This document shows, one piece after another, positions 1 to 9,959 of a stretch of 64,000 bases of DNA. A program made the translations under genes and the position numbers. The stretch comes from a virus: positions 8,450 to 72,449 of the IMG/VR virus record IMGVR_UViG_3300031746_002125; one strand, given 5' to 3'. The notes under the pieces are model-generated. The model searched no databases and was not told the origin of the DNA. It worked only from the letters and a program-made list of their open reading frames with translations. Numbering within the stretch: the first letter of the stretch is position 1; every line of letters begins with the position of its first letter.

Positions 1-117
1 ATCGCTTATTTGTATCGAGGCATTGGGATCAAGAGCGGGACAAGAAATTTCTGGGGCTGGTTGTGATCCACGTATGTTTAAATTTAAATTATTTGTTAGT
101 ATTGCCATTAAACACGT

Positions 118-654
118 TTAATATCTTCTATTTACTCTCTCAATTGGTAATGCAAGTTGATCGTAGAACCACGCGACAGTAGAAATAGCACTATCACTAG
201 GACCACGATATGCGCCCAAAACAGCTTTGCCAACTAATGCACTTGAGGCGGCGGTTAATTTATTAATTAATAATTCGTAGGATTTACATGGGCCTAATTT
301 GAGGATGTCGGCGTAGCCTGCGAAACTCACAGACGTTGTAATTTGGGTATCTCCGTCGCGTATACTTACTCCTTGAGACAAAGCTATTCTAAAATCAGAT
401 TGATTTAAAAGACAACTTGCTTTTAGTGGCAACAATGCCTGAACTTGAATATCCCCCAATATTATCGGATCTGGGACAATGGTAACGCCAGTAATATCAA
501 ACACATAATTATTACTTAAATCTATTTCATTAGAAACAAGAACTCCTGCCGTAATTAAAATTTTCTTGAGATAGATGTCAGTGTTCTTTTGTGGCAAATT
601 TAAATCGCCGATCAATACTCTCAATATAGTTACCAAGTCTACGTCCCAACTCAT
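118..654 (-). CDS. Putative virion neck/head-tail adaptor-like protein
   Basis: ORF 118..669, likely start MSWDVDLVTILRVLIGDL at 654; lies in the structural block downstream of the capsid genes; function inferred from context. Confidence 0.4.
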   Translation of the reverse strand: MSWDVDLVTILRVLIGDLNLPQKNTDIYLKKILITAGVLVSNEIDLSNNYVFDITGVTIVPDPIILGDIQVQALLPLKASCLLNQSDFRIALSQGVSIRDGDTQITTSVSFAGYADILKLGPCKSYELLINKLTAASSALVGKAVLGAYRGPSDSAISTVAWFYDQLALPIERVNRRY

Positions 655-1157
655 TTTATATGTCTCCATATTTTATCATTTTTGATATCCCTAATATTAC
701 GAGCACTAACGCCAAATATTATTGCTATTTCTTTATGTGTCAAATAGTTATCTTTTAATAATTTTTTAATTATACTTACTTGTAAGTCGTTCAATTTAGA
801 GGTTCCACATTTAGATCCTCTGTTGTCTGGAATATGAAAAGTTCCATGTTTAATAGAATCTTGTGCATTTTCAGATCTTGTTCCCCATCGCAAATTATTG
901 ATATTATTATTTAATTTATTGCCATCCAAATGTCTACAAACACAATTAATTGGTCTCGGACCAATAAATGCTTCTAGCATCAAAACATGAATATTTTTAA
1001 TCGTTCCCAATCCATTCTTAGACAACCTAACATACAGATATCCATTATGGGTAAGTCTTTGCTTCAAAATTTTACCAGTTTTTATATTTTTGACAAAAGT
1101 TTTATTCGATATTTGGTAGATATTTTCATATCCACGTACATTTCTCCAAGTTTCCAT
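651..1157 (-). CDS. NUMOD4-HNH homing endonuclease with C-terminal HTH
   Basis: WRNVRGYENIYQISN (NUMOD4), CRHLDGNKLNNNINNLRWGT (HNH), LTHKEIAIIFGVS (HTH). Confidence 0.9.
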   Translation of the reverse strand: METWRNVRGYENIYQISNKTFVKNIKTGKILKQRLTHNGYLYVRLSKNGLGTIKNIHVLMLEAFIGPRPINCVCRHLDGNKLNNNINNLRWGTRSENAQDSIKHGTFHIPDNRGSKCGTSKLNDLQVSIIKKLLKDNYLTHKEIAIIFGVSARNIRDIKNDKIWRHIK

Positions 1158-1161
1158 CGTT

Positions 1162-1491
1162 TTAAATCCTTAAAATATAACTATCCTTATCTCTTGGGAA
1201 TCCACCATCTTCTCCTTCTACCGATTGTAAAACAAAGTCTCCCTCAACAGAATTACTAGAACCATCTTGCATTTTCCAGTGATATTGAACCTTACTCGCG
1301 GTCAATACGGCGATATTTCCAGTTGACCAGCCAAATTTTCCCGTCTCATCAATCTCGGTACATCCACTGGAGGTGATAGTTTGTAAGATTCCGTCTTGCC
1401 ACAACTCAATATTCACCGTCTCGCCAGTTGTAAAATCTCCAATAATTGAAATCGGTTCTAATAATGAATATTCATATTCCACAAGAGCCAT
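1162..1491 (-). CDS. Hypothetical virion protein
   Basis: Acidic beta-rich 109 aa ORF resembling the C-terminal part of 1493..2056 (CTEIDETGKFGWST vs CYEIGNTDRWAFST). Confidence 0.45.
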   Translation of the reverse strand: MALVEYEYSLLEPISIIGDFTTGETVNIELWQDGILQTITSSGCTEIDETGKFGWSTGNIAVLTASKVQYHWKMQDGSSNSVEGDFVLQSVEGEDGGFPRDKDSYILRI

Positions 1492-1492
1492 A

Positions 1493-2056
1493 TTACCTTC
1501 TCCTTTTTCTTTCTTTACCCACTTTTTTAGTTTTTAATATAAACTCTCCTTCGAACACTTCCGCTGTATTCGCCGTCATTTTAAACACATATTGATTCAC
1601 TCTTCTTGTCAATGGGGGTAAATTAATAGTAGAGAAAGCCCACCGATCTGTGTTTCCTATTTCATAACAGTCAACATCTGATAAAGAAACTATAGAATTA
1701 TTATCTATTACATCCCATACTTCTATTGTCACGCTCGAAGGATTAGTTGTGAATCTACCAATAATTTGTGGATTAAAATCACCATTTTTGAACAATTGAT
1801 CTAACGTTATTCCAAAATTATCATCTCCAACCGATGGGGTTCCACGAATAAATAGGTTGATATTATCCGTTAATTGTCCCGATCCTGGACAAACAAAAGT
1901 TCCTAAAAATTCGGTCCCACTTGTACCAAACCCAATTCCATCAACTACTTGTTCGATTAAGGGAAGAGTAAAATTACCAGAACCTTCGTCCACTAGTGTC
2001 CCATCTCTAACATCATAAGAAGAAGGGATAACCATATTTCCTGTGAATTCAGACAT
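1493..2056 (-). CDS. Repeat-containing putative virion protein
   Basis: N-terminal MSEFTG..PSSYDVRDG..GTEFLG repeat shared with four neighbouring genes. Confidence 0.6.
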   Translation of the reverse strand: MSEFTGNMVIPSSYDVRDGTLVDEGSGNFTLPLIEQVVDGIGFGTSGTEFLGTFVCPGSGQLTDNINLFIRGTPSVGDDNFGITLDQLFKNGDFNPQIIGRFTTNPSSVTIEVWDVIDNNSIVSLSDVDCYEIGNTDRWAFSTINLPPLTRRVNQYVFKMTANTAEVFEGEFILKTKKVGKERKRRR

Positions 2057-2067
2057 ATTTTATCTTT

Positions 2068-2250
2068 TTAACAAGTAAAAGTTCCAGTAAATTCTGTTCC
2101 ACTACCACCAAATTCAATTCCATCTATTACTTGAGATGAACTTGGGGGAATCATATTTCCGGTAAATTCAATGCCACTAGTTCCATACATAGTGCCCGCC
2201 TCAACATCATTTTCTGGGGGTAATATAATTGTGCCATTAAATTCTGACAT
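2068..2250 (-). CDS. Small repeat peptide (PxxxDVxxGxxFGxxGxEFTG family)
   Basis: 60 aa with two repeats; AGGAG RBS upstream. Confidence 0.6.
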   Translation of the reverse strand: MSEFNGTIILPPENDVEAGTMYGTSGIEFTGNMIPPSSSQVIDGIEFGGSGTEFTGTFTC

Positions 2251-2259
2251 TATAAACTC

Positions 2260-2475
2260 CTACTGAGCACCAAACCCAACACCATCTCTAACATCATCTG
2301 GAGACGGAACGATAAACACCCCCGTGAATTCATTTCCACTTCCGCCAAATTGAACACCACTTTCCACATCCCCAGTTGATGGTGGTATAAAATTCCCGGT
2401 AAATTCTATACCAGTGACAGGACCAAATTGTACTCCAGATCGTACATCATATTCACTAGGAAATATTGCTGGCAT
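2260..2475 (-). CDS. Small repeat peptide (same family)
   Basis: 71 aa with about three repeats, e.g. PSEYDVRSGVQFGPVTGIEFTG. Confidence 0.6.
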   Translation of the reverse strand: MPAIFPSEYDVRSGVQFGPVTGIEFTGNFIPPSTGDVESGVQFGGSGNEFTGVFIVPSPDDVRDGVGFGAQ

Positions 2476-2564
2476 TATAATTACCTAATCAAGAGGGGAT
2501 ATTAAAATCTTTTACTATAATTAGATTCCCCCTTTATATTTCTTTTATATAAAACAACTTCCTA

Positions 2565-2942
2565 TTACGGCGCACCAAACGCTACACCAGATCGAACATC
2601 ACCCTCCGTAGGTACAACGAACGTTCCTGTATACTGTGTGCCACTACCTCCGAAATCAACAGCCGCCTCAACATCTCCAACAGATGGAAGTGTTAAATTA
2701 CCTGTTTCCGATGCGCCTTGATAGGTAACACCATCTCTAACATCATAATTCGATGGAAAATCAGTTGGTTCTGTTCCGGTAAATTCAGTTCCATCGGCAC
2801 CATACTGAACACCGACAGCAACATTACCCGATGCAGGAAGAGTTACGGTTCCCGTAAACTCCGTCCCACTCTCTCCATAACCAACACCAAATTCCACATC
2901 ATCATCTGATGGAACCACAAATGTACCTGTAAATTCTGACAT
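2565..2942 (-). CDS. Repeat peptide (same family)
   Basis: 125 aa with about five repeats, e.g. PSDDDVEFGVGYGESGTEFTG. Confidence 0.6.
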   Translation of the reverse strand: MSEFTGTFVVPSDDDVEFGVGYGESGTEFTGTVTLPASGNVAVGVQYGADGTEFTGTEPTDFPSNYDVRDGVTYQGASETGNLTLPSVGDVEAAVDFGGSGTQYTGTFVVPTEGDVRSGVAFGAP

Positions 2943-2966
2943 AACTTTTCTTCTTCTTAAAAAATA

Positions 2967-3542
2967 CTATAACACACCATAACCAACATTAAAACGCACA
3001 TCGCCCTCTTCCGGAAGCACAAGAACTCCTGTTTGCGAACCATAATTATATGTTACACCATATCGAACATCACCTTCTTCCGGGAAAATATCCCCATCTA
3101 TAAATAAATTAATGTCATCAGTTATTAAACCCACACCAAAGACGAAAAGATTTAAATTGTTATTTAACAGTTCGTTTCCTACTACGTTTAAATTAATACT
3201 GTCTGTAATAGAATTTCTACCATGTATGAAGAGATTTAAATTATCTGTTTCTGTAATGTGTCCGCTGATAAATAAATCTAAATTATTGTCTTGTGATTCT
3301 TTACCGTTTATAAATAATTCTACAGTATCATCACTGGCGCTAAAACCCCCAATAAATAAATCAATACCCTGAACTTTTGTGTCATGCCCAAAAATAAATA
3401 GATCAATGATATCGGTTTGTGAGGTAAACCCATGAATAAATAATGTAATATCACCACTTATTTGTGTTTCGACAGCAACACTAGATTGAACCCCTCCTAT
3501 ATCCATCCCTGGAACTTGTACTGCACCAATTTCCATTCCCAT
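2967..3542 (-). CDS. Putative fibre protein with 14-aa LxLFIxG repeats
   Basis: About nine periodic (D/N)LFIxG repeats followed by two PEEGDVRxxVxY repeats. Confidence 0.55.
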   Translation of the reverse strand: MGMEIGAVQVPGMDIGGVQSSVAVETQISGDITLFIHGFTSQTDIIDLFIFGHDTKVQGIDLFIGGFSASDDTVELFINGKESQDNNLDLFISGHITETDNLNLFIHGRNSITDSINLNVVGNELLNNNLNLFVFGVGLITDDINLFIDGDIFPEEGDVRYGVTYNYGSQTGVLVLPEEGDVRFNVGYGVL

Positions 3543-3546
3543 ATAT

Positions 3547-4491
3547 TTATCCGTTTAAACCAGCATTAATTAAAGGACTTCCGGCAGCAGGGGTATAATC
3601 TGCTCCGCCGACTTCGTTTGTAAATTGCGGGGCAGAAGTAACTTCCCCCGTAAATGTTTCCGCGTTCGAATAGGCGGTTGTGTTACCATTGACACAATTA
3701 TTCCTAGATACTACCCTGTCGCCACGACCAGCAGCGCCATTAAATCCGGTAGCACAATCATAAAATACATTATTAACAACAGCAAGCAGAGAAGTAGGTT
3801 CGTACGCCGAAAGGCCAATAGTAGTGTCTTTGGCGTCTCCGTCAACAGTACAATTTATAATTACACCATGGGTTCCTACAAATATACCACTATCCGCATT
3901 ACTAAAAAAAGTACATCCAACACAAACAAGGACGTTATTACTGAAAGCCCCGTCTGTCCCGTTATTGTAAAATTTACACGCAATAAAGATACTCAAAGCT
4001 GCCGCAATCTGTGCCCCTCTCTCCGTATTTGATGAAAATTCACAAGCTTCATACAGAGATAAACGCGCAGTAATCCCGTTCACACCATTTGTATCAAACT
4101 TACAGTTCTTAAATGTCAAATGATTACAGTCCGTATTAACTCCATCGGCTATAGCTCCCGTAAAGCGAAAATTCTTAAAAACATAATATATGGCTGTGTT
4201 AACAGCTATGGAATCCGCAACACAATTTGCACGGGCACTACTTCCCGTTATGGTAGCCCTCCCGCCGTCCCCCTTGGTTGTGGTATACCCTTCAAACACA
4301 ATCGGGGCTGTTTCAGTTCCTACAGTGTCAATCGTGGCAAGTTCTGCGTAATTCCCGTCGGCTTTAACCCAAACCTTGTCGCCCGCCGCTACCGTATTCA
4401 TCCCCTTGTCCACGGTAGCCCAAGCAAGAGCTTCTGATAAACCACTATTTACGTCACTTCCAGAAGCCGCACTAACGTAATATGTTGACAT
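3547..4491 (-). CDS. Right-handed parallel beta-helix protein (pectate-lyase-like fold)
   Basis: TYYVSAASGSDVNSGLS N-terminus followed by repeated CxFxxN beta-helix turns. Confidence 0.75.
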   Translation of the reverse strand: MSTYYVSAASGSDVNSGLSEALAWATVDKGMNTVAAGDKVWVKADGNYAELATIDTVGTETAPIVFEGYTTTKGDGGRATITGSSARANCVADSIAVNTAIYYVFKNFRFTGAIADGVNTDCNHLTFKNCKFDTNGVNGITARLSLYEACEFSSNTERGAQIAAALSIFIACKFYNNGTDGAFSNNVLVCVGCTFFSNADSGIFVGTHGVIINCTVDGDAKDTTIGLSAYEPTSLLAVVNNVFYDCATGFNGAAGRGDRVVSRNNCVNGNTTAYSNAETFTGEVTSAPQFTNEVGGADYTPAAGSPLINAGLNG

Positions 4492-4494
4492 ATT

Positions 4495-4887
4495 TTAATC
4501 TCTTTCTTTTATCAGTTCTTTAAATCTATCATTCATATAAAACTTTTTAAATTCTTCTTTTGAATATCTTATACCCCTAGCTTGACAAGGAATTCTCGTG
4601 GGGAAGTCAATTAGTGTGAATCTTTTCGAGATGGTGGTTGCATCTATTCCTAGTATTTCGGCCATTTGGGATAAAGATAAACCGAGATTATACATAAATT
4701 TAAGTATTGCGTCGTCGAATATTTGGTTGGCTTCGGACTTATTTCTAAGTTTTACTTTATTTTTTAATAGAATTTTATAAATTGTACTTTCACTTCTTCC
4801 ATCCTGTAAAGCTATATTGGCGCAACTTAATTTTTTGTTTATGTATGAATCAATGATATCTGTATTATTCATAAAAAGATCTTTCAA
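4495..4887 (-). CDS. HTH-repeat DNA-binding protein
   Basis: Two HTH-like units, e.g. LSLSQMAEILGIDATTISKR. Confidence 0.55.
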   Translation of the reverse strand: MKDLFMNNTDIIDSYINKKLSCANIALQDGRSESTIYKILLKNKVKLRNKSEANQIFDDAILKFMYNLGLSLSQMAEILGIDATTISKRFTLIDFPTRIPCQARGIRYSKEEFKKFYMNDRFKELIKERD

Positions 4888-4972
4888 TCCTTATATTATT
4901 ACACAATTAAATAAAAGAACCGAAACTAGGGTCGGGGCGGGACAAATAAGTGGGTGGGATTAGTGATTTGTT

Positions 4973-6751
4973 TTAATACAAAGGATAGATATAACGGAAT
5001 TTGGGAGAAATCGCAATTTTAATTAGATCTCTTTCTTCAGCAAGTTGTTTTTCTGATTTATCAACATTTTTTATTCTTCGGCAACATGATTTGTGTTTTA
5101 ATTGATTATCAGACGGATCAAAATAAGAATAACTATTAGAAGTTTTACCGGCCTTTTGCCATCCAGACATTCTATAGATTCCACCATTATGACCAACGGA
5201 TGTATCGGCATAAGAAACCAATGTTTTAATATCTTTCATATTATTTCTTATATAATTTATACAAAGATTTATAAATGTAGATCCATACGGTCTTATTACA
5301 TAAAATGGGACGCACAATCTTGTTAATTCCAATATATTTTTATCAAGATTTTTATTTGCTCCTCTCCCAAATGTTGCAATTCCGGTGATAATATTGCCAA
5401 TTCTTGCAACCAATATCGTTGAGGCATTTGGTATTGTTCCAAGATAGTGTTCATATCTGATTGTATTTTTAATTTCGTCTCTTTGGCCTTTAAATAAAAT
5501 AGATTTCGACGCATCAATTTTGCCACCAGAATTAAATAATAACGTATCATTTTCTGTCAAGCTAGAATTATTTAAAGCGTATTCGGGGAAAGCTTTCCAT
5601 ATTCTCCACCATGGATGTCCATTTAAATCAAATTTTTCTATTTCTTTATGTTCAGATTCGAGAATTACTAAGCCATTATTTTCATCATAAAATCGTTCGT
5701 CATGGTATACGGCTAACTTTTGAATATGTCCCTCTAAAGGTTTGTGTTTTGTTTCAACAGTTTTTAATATTATAGAAAATGGAATAATGTGATGACAGTG
5801 TAAATGTCCACCCATTTTAGATATTTGGCTTTTATAGTCATATTTATTAAATAAATTTGTTCTCCAGTTAATATAATTAGAACCATGTCTAACCATATCT
5901 GCTATTTCAGTAATTCCACCTTTCCAATTCCAGTTATTTTCTCCTATGTTTTTTCTTGTTTCCTTATTTATAGATTCAAATCTTTTCTGTGTAAACCCCC
6001 TATTTTTATTAAAATGTTTATCTATTAACTCCAGTGTCATACCAAGATCATCATACATTTTAATTAATTCTTGATCTGTTATATGGCTTGTCCCCTTGTT
6101 TTTTCTACTAGTTTCTGATAAAGATCTTGTTCCTTTGCCAGATTCTATAAGCCTACTTTTAACAAATGTTACACTTTTATTAATAATTTTTGAAATTGCA
6201 AGAGCATCTAGTCCATTGTTCCAATATAGGTCTACGACTTGTTCTATTGATATATCCTTACATCTATTTTGTTCCCACGGTTTCCTTATTTTAATATTTA
6301 ATTTTTTTAATTTTCTTTTTATGGTATTGCCTGATGTGTTAAATTTTTTGCCTATCTCTATTAAAGATTTTTGTTGATCAACATATAAATTTATTAATAT
6401 ATCGTTATTAATTAGATCTGTCTTATGGGACTTTTCTTGTGCCATGGAACAACCTCTTGTATTCTTGTGGGAGTCTTTTAAAATTCTATTTATTAAACCA
6501 ACACTCCTGCCTAATTTTTCTGCTGTTTGTTTTAAAGTTAAACCTTGTTTCCAATATAGTTCGATAACCTTTTCTTCTTCTGGAATATTTTTACGCTCAA
6601 TAACAGGTTTAACATTTATGCCAAGTTTTTTTAATCTTCTGCTAACACAAGATTCGCTAACTTTTAAAAATTTTGCACAATCTCTTCCAGATAGAGAATC
6701 TTCTACATACAATTTTAATAAAAGTTTTTCATCTACGTCAATGATTTTCAT
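4973..6751 (-). CDS. Multi-HTH + HNH + Mom-like (GNAT) fusion protein
   Basis: About five HTH repeats; GENNWNWKGG; LHCHHIIP..NGLVILESEH (HNH); C-terminal HYLG..ELTRLC..SYADTSVGHNGGIY Mom-like motifs. Confidence 0.7.
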   Translation of the reverse strand: MKIIDVDEKLLLKLYVEDSLSGRDCAKFLKVSESCVSRRLKKLGINVKPVIERKNIPEEEKVIELYWKQGLTLKQTAEKLGRSVGLINRILKDSHKNTRGCSMAQEKSHKTDLINNDILINLYVDQQKSLIEIGKKFNTSGNTIKRKLKKLNIKIRKPWEQNRCKDISIEQVVDLYWNNGLDALAISKIINKSVTFVKSRLIESGKGTRSLSETSRKNKGTSHITDQELIKMYDDLGMTLELIDKHFNKNRGFTQKRFESINKETRKNIGENNWNWKGGITEIADMVRHGSNYINWRTNLFNKYDYKSQISKMGGHLHCHHIIPFSIILKTVETKHKPLEGHIQKLAVYHDERFYDENNGLVILESEHKEIEKFDLNGHPWWRIWKAFPEYALNNSSLTENDTLLFNSGGKIDASKSILFKGQRDEIKNTIRYEHYLGTIPNASTILVARIGNIITGIATFGRGANKNLDKNILELTRLCVPFYVIRPYGSTFINLCINYIRNNMKDIKTLVSYADTSVGHNGGIYRMSGWQKAGKTSNSYSYFDPSDNQLKHKSCCRRIKNVDKSEKQLAEERDLIKIAISPKFRYIYPLY

Positions 6752-6806
6752 ATTATATTATACACACATTGACAAAAAAATTTTGGTTATAATGAAAAAA
6801 TTTTAC

Positions 6807-6840
6807 AAAAAAAAGAAATGGGGACCGAAATCCCCATTCC
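6807..6840 (-). terminator. Rho-independent terminator after major capsid gene
   Basis: Minus strand GGAATGGGGA-TTTCGG-TCCCCATTTC followed by a T-tract. Confidence 0.8.
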
Positions 6841-6880
6841 TGATCTTTAAAAGGATTATAACCCTTTATTTAATAATAGG

Positions 6881-7915
6881 TTACAGCGATCCTAAAATAA
6901 CTCGTCTTGGATCTAAGACTGCGAATCCGATATTTTGCCATGCGTAAACGCCCGCCTTCCCCCGCCTGTGGAGGAACGGATCATCAAATACAGTAATTGG
7001 TTCTTTGACTGGCATAACGAAAGAATCTGATTTGCTGAGGTCGAGACCTACTACGATTTCTTCGTCGCTTGTACCCATTGTAACACCAATGCTATCGGCG
7101 AAAATTTGGAATTCCTGTCCAACACCCAACTCAAAGAGAGGATGAAGATTAACGCCGTAGATTTTTGCCAGTGGACCGCTATCGTCGTTGGCCAAGAAAA
7201 TTTCTCGACGAGTTACGTCGTCGATGTCGTCAAGATCCCATTCCCTAATATCCTCGAGGGCTTCCTCGCTAACATATAGATCGGTTAGTCGTCCACGATT
7301 TGGTGATGTACTATTTCCACCAGCAAGACGAGCCATTGTGGTTTTCATCAAACTAACTAGACGCTTTGTGAATTGACCAGCCGTGGCACCACTATCGAAC
7401 ACTATAGGTGCTCCACCCTGATAATCAGTTCGTCCAGCGGCGGCAGAAATAAGTGCTCGCCAACCATCCGTATTCATTTTACGAATAAATCCATTTTGTA
7501 GAACTTCCATCGCTCGTGAAACTACATTCCATCGTGCAGCCCTAGCATAATCCAGCAACCAATCTATAGAATTACCCATCTTATAGGTTTGTACTGTTAT
7601 ACTATCGCTAACAACGGTTCTTGTAGGAATAGCGCCTTCGCTCGAAATAGTATATGCAACATATTGACCATCGTTGTGTTGCTGATACAAATCTAGAGGA
7701 TATTCCGCTGTGGCACCCGGATCTAACGGTTCGGGAGTAAAAATATTGTCTAGAATATCACCATTTAATAGACCTTCACGAAGAGGAACCTGCAAAGCAG
7801 CAGCCAATGCCTGCATAGCAACAGTTCGTTCTTTTTCATCGTTAGATGCAGTTCTCTTTAATAGTTCGACCATTGCTTCAGTCGGTTTTTGAATTTTTCT
7901 ATCTTTTGCTTTCAT
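6881..7915 (-). CDS. Major capsid protein (probably HK97 fold)
   Basis: 344 aa; position after protease/scaffold and decoration genes; C-terminal GVYAWQNIGFAVLDPRRV; strong terminator. Confidence 0.85.
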   Translation of the reverse strand: MKAKDRKIQKPTEAMVELLKRTASNDEKERTVAMQALAAALQVPLREGLLNGDILDNIFTPEPLDPGATAEYPLDLYQQHNDGQYVAYTISSEGAIPTRTVVSDSITVQTYKMGNSIDWLLDYARAARWNVVSRAMEVLQNGFIRKMNTDGWRALISAAAGRTDYQGGAPIVFDSGATAGQFTKRLVSLMKTTMARLAGGNSTSPNRGRLTDLYVSEEALEDIREWDLDDIDDVTRREIFLANDDSGPLAKIYGVNLHPLFELGVGQEFQIFADSIGVTMGTSDEEIVVGLDLSKSDSFVMPVKEPITVFDDPFLHRRGKAGVYAWQNIGFAVLDPRRVILGSL

Positions 7916-7934
7916 CTGTATTCACCCCCTTTTC

Positions 7935-8405
7935 TTAAATATCAATGTAAATTTTAGCGAATCCATCCGCATCAACTGTCGTTTCAAACCTACCGATTAC
8001 AGCAGCGCCAGAGTCTTGTGTAGTCTTAATAAGTCCGCTAGGACCAACATAAGCCACTCCACCCGTAGCTGGTGTGCCACTAAGCATATCGGTAACAAGC
8101 CAACCTTTTCTTAACAGTGCAACCTTTTCTCCTGGACGAACTTCCATATTAGCATAATTCTTGAAATCTCTTGTAGCACTCATCGCAGGATTAACTGGAT
8201 GTAATAGGATACCTTTTGGTACAGCGCCCGAAGCGCTTGCCGCATATCGAACAACGTTTGTAATATCGTCTAATGCAACACCCGAACCCTGGGTTTCAAC
8301 GCACGCAATTCCACCTTCTTCTTGCGTGGCCTGTGCAGCAGCAGTTGACCAATATTGAGAAATATCAGTTACTTCAGCATAATCACGATCTGGTCTAAGA
8401 GCCAT
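7935..8405 (-). CDS. Capsid decoration/cement protein
   Basis: 156 aa Ala/Gly-rich gene between scaffold and capsid, ending GRFETTVDADGFAKIYID. Confidence 0.65.
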   Translation of the reverse strand: MALRPDRDYAEVTDISQYWSTAAAQATQEEGGIACVETQGSGVALDDITNVVRYAASASGAVPKGILLHPVNPAMSATRDFKNYANMEVRPGEKVALLRKGWLVTDMLSGTPATGGVAYVGPSGLIKTTQDSGAAVIGRFETTVDADGFAKIYIDI

Positions 8406-8407
8406 TC

Positions 8408-9850
8408 TTATTCACCCCCTTCTTTAACTTCTTCTTTAACTCGAAGCAAACATCTGGCAGTTGCGAGAGCAACCGCAGCGTTATCATCTTCTATATTTTC
8501 TGTTCCACCCTGAGCATCAACATCTTTAACAACTTCAACATCTTTTAACGAAGCAACAACCTCTTCTACAACTTTTTTTGTCTCTGTTTTTGTCTCACCG
8601 GCATATTTACAAATAGTAGCAAAGGTTTCATCTGATAATTCAGCAAGTTCTTTTAACGTAGCTTCCTTATCCTTTTCCTCAATAGCCTTTAGTTGAGATA
8701 GTTTTAAAAACCTCTCATTCGCCTTTTCGCGTTTCTTGATCTCTAATAGTTCTTTGCCAAATTCAACAGCTTTTGCTTTTACGGTTTCTAGTTCTTTTGT
8801 TATAGTGGCTTTATCTGTTTCTAAAGTTTTAATAGTTTCTAGAGCAACAGTAAGTTTAGCAGTTAGATCAGTATTTATTTGATTTTGTTCTTTTGCTTTT
8901 GTCTCGAAAGCAACAATTGCTTTTTCTGCTTCTTGCTTGTTTAGTTCTTTAAAAGACTCCATTTCTTTTAAAAGATGTGCAATCTGCGCATCTCTAGCAG
9001 TAACAGTAGATAAAGCCTCGTCTAGCTTTTTCTTCATCTCTTCGATCTCCATAGTTTCAGCACCCCCTTTCAATTCAATTTTATCTGACACAGTTTTACT
9101 TGCAGCAATTCTTATAACTGAATCTGGATTAGCGGGATTTTCTACTAAACCCTGTCCACCAAATACAATATTTTTTAGAACTCTGCCCACCTTGTATCCT
9201 TTATATTCTCCAGAACCACCATATACTCGCAAATATTTAGTCAAAAACGACGTACTTTCATCTCTTGCAACAATTCTCGATTCACCCTTAGCATCTTTAA
9301 AACTATAAGAAAAATCATTAAAGAAACATTCCATGGAAACAAACATTTGACCAGAATTTGCTTTTTCAATTATGTCTTTAATTAAAATATCTATTACCGG
9401 CATTGATTTATAAAGAACGCCAGCAACTTCTATATCAAAATCTTTTGCTTCAACAGGAACATTAATTTCTTTTCCTGTTTTATCAACAAGACGACTTTTT
9501 ATAATATGTCCCAATATAATTTTTGAATCATGTTGATAATCAATTGGCTTATGAATCGGTGTATCTTTTGCGGTTATTAATTCTTCTGATAGAAAAACAT
9601 CGTCATTTAAATTCCATCCAGTGCTTACCAAAACTGAAACTAACAAAGCTAAATCTGGCTGGTCCATGCCGGTCAAGTCTTTAAGTGAATCAAAATTAGC
9701 GTTACTTTTTAATGTTGCAATAAACTCATCAAATTCAATTTTGGTTAATTTTTTATCTGAGATAGAGCATGACGCAGACAGATTAATAACTGACTGATTT
9801 ATTTTATCAGTTAGACCATCGGTTTTTTCGGTTTCATAGATTTTCATAGA
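8408..9850 (-). CDS. Prohead protease-scaffold fusion
   Basis: STGWNLNDDVF, PIDYQHD..LGH, VSMECFF, GQGLVENPANPDS, then a long coiled coil; likely start MKIYE near 9850. Confidence 0.75.
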   Translation of the reverse strand, partial: SMKIYETEKTDGLTDKINQSVINLSASCSISDKKLTKIEFDEFIATLKSNANFDSLKDLTGMDQPDLALLVSVLVSTGWNLNDDVFLSEELITAKDTPIHKPIDYQHDSKIILGHIIKSRLVDKTGKEINVPVEAKDFDIEVAGVLYKSMPVIDILIKDIIEKANSGQMFVSMECFFNDFSYSFKDAKGESRIVARDESTSFLTKYLRVYGGSGEYKGYKVGRVLKNIVFGGQGLVENPANPDSVIRIAASKTVSDKIELKGGAETMEIEEMKKKLDEALSTVTARDAQIAHLLKEMESFKELNKQEAEKAIVAFETKAKEQNQINTDLTAKLTVALETIKTLETDKATITKELETVKAKAVEFGKELLEIKKREKANERFLKLSQLKAIEEKDKEATLKELAELSDETFATICKYAGETKTETKKVVEEVVASLKDVEVVKDVDAQGGTENIEDDNAAVALATARCLLRVKEEVKEGGE

Positions 9851-9959
9851 ATATCCATTAATTGATACACAATAAATAAATAATAACTTTAAGAATAAAG
9901 ACATTTCAACGATTTAATTAAAATTTATCTTTATTTTTTAATCATTTATTTAATTAAAA

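Noticed and set aside
2251-2262. Stop-codon reassignment or TAG readthrough (2260..2475 is in frame with 2068..2250)
   Set aside because: An AGGAG RBS lies in the 9-nt gap, and the long core genes (TerL, portal, capsid) are intact in code 11.
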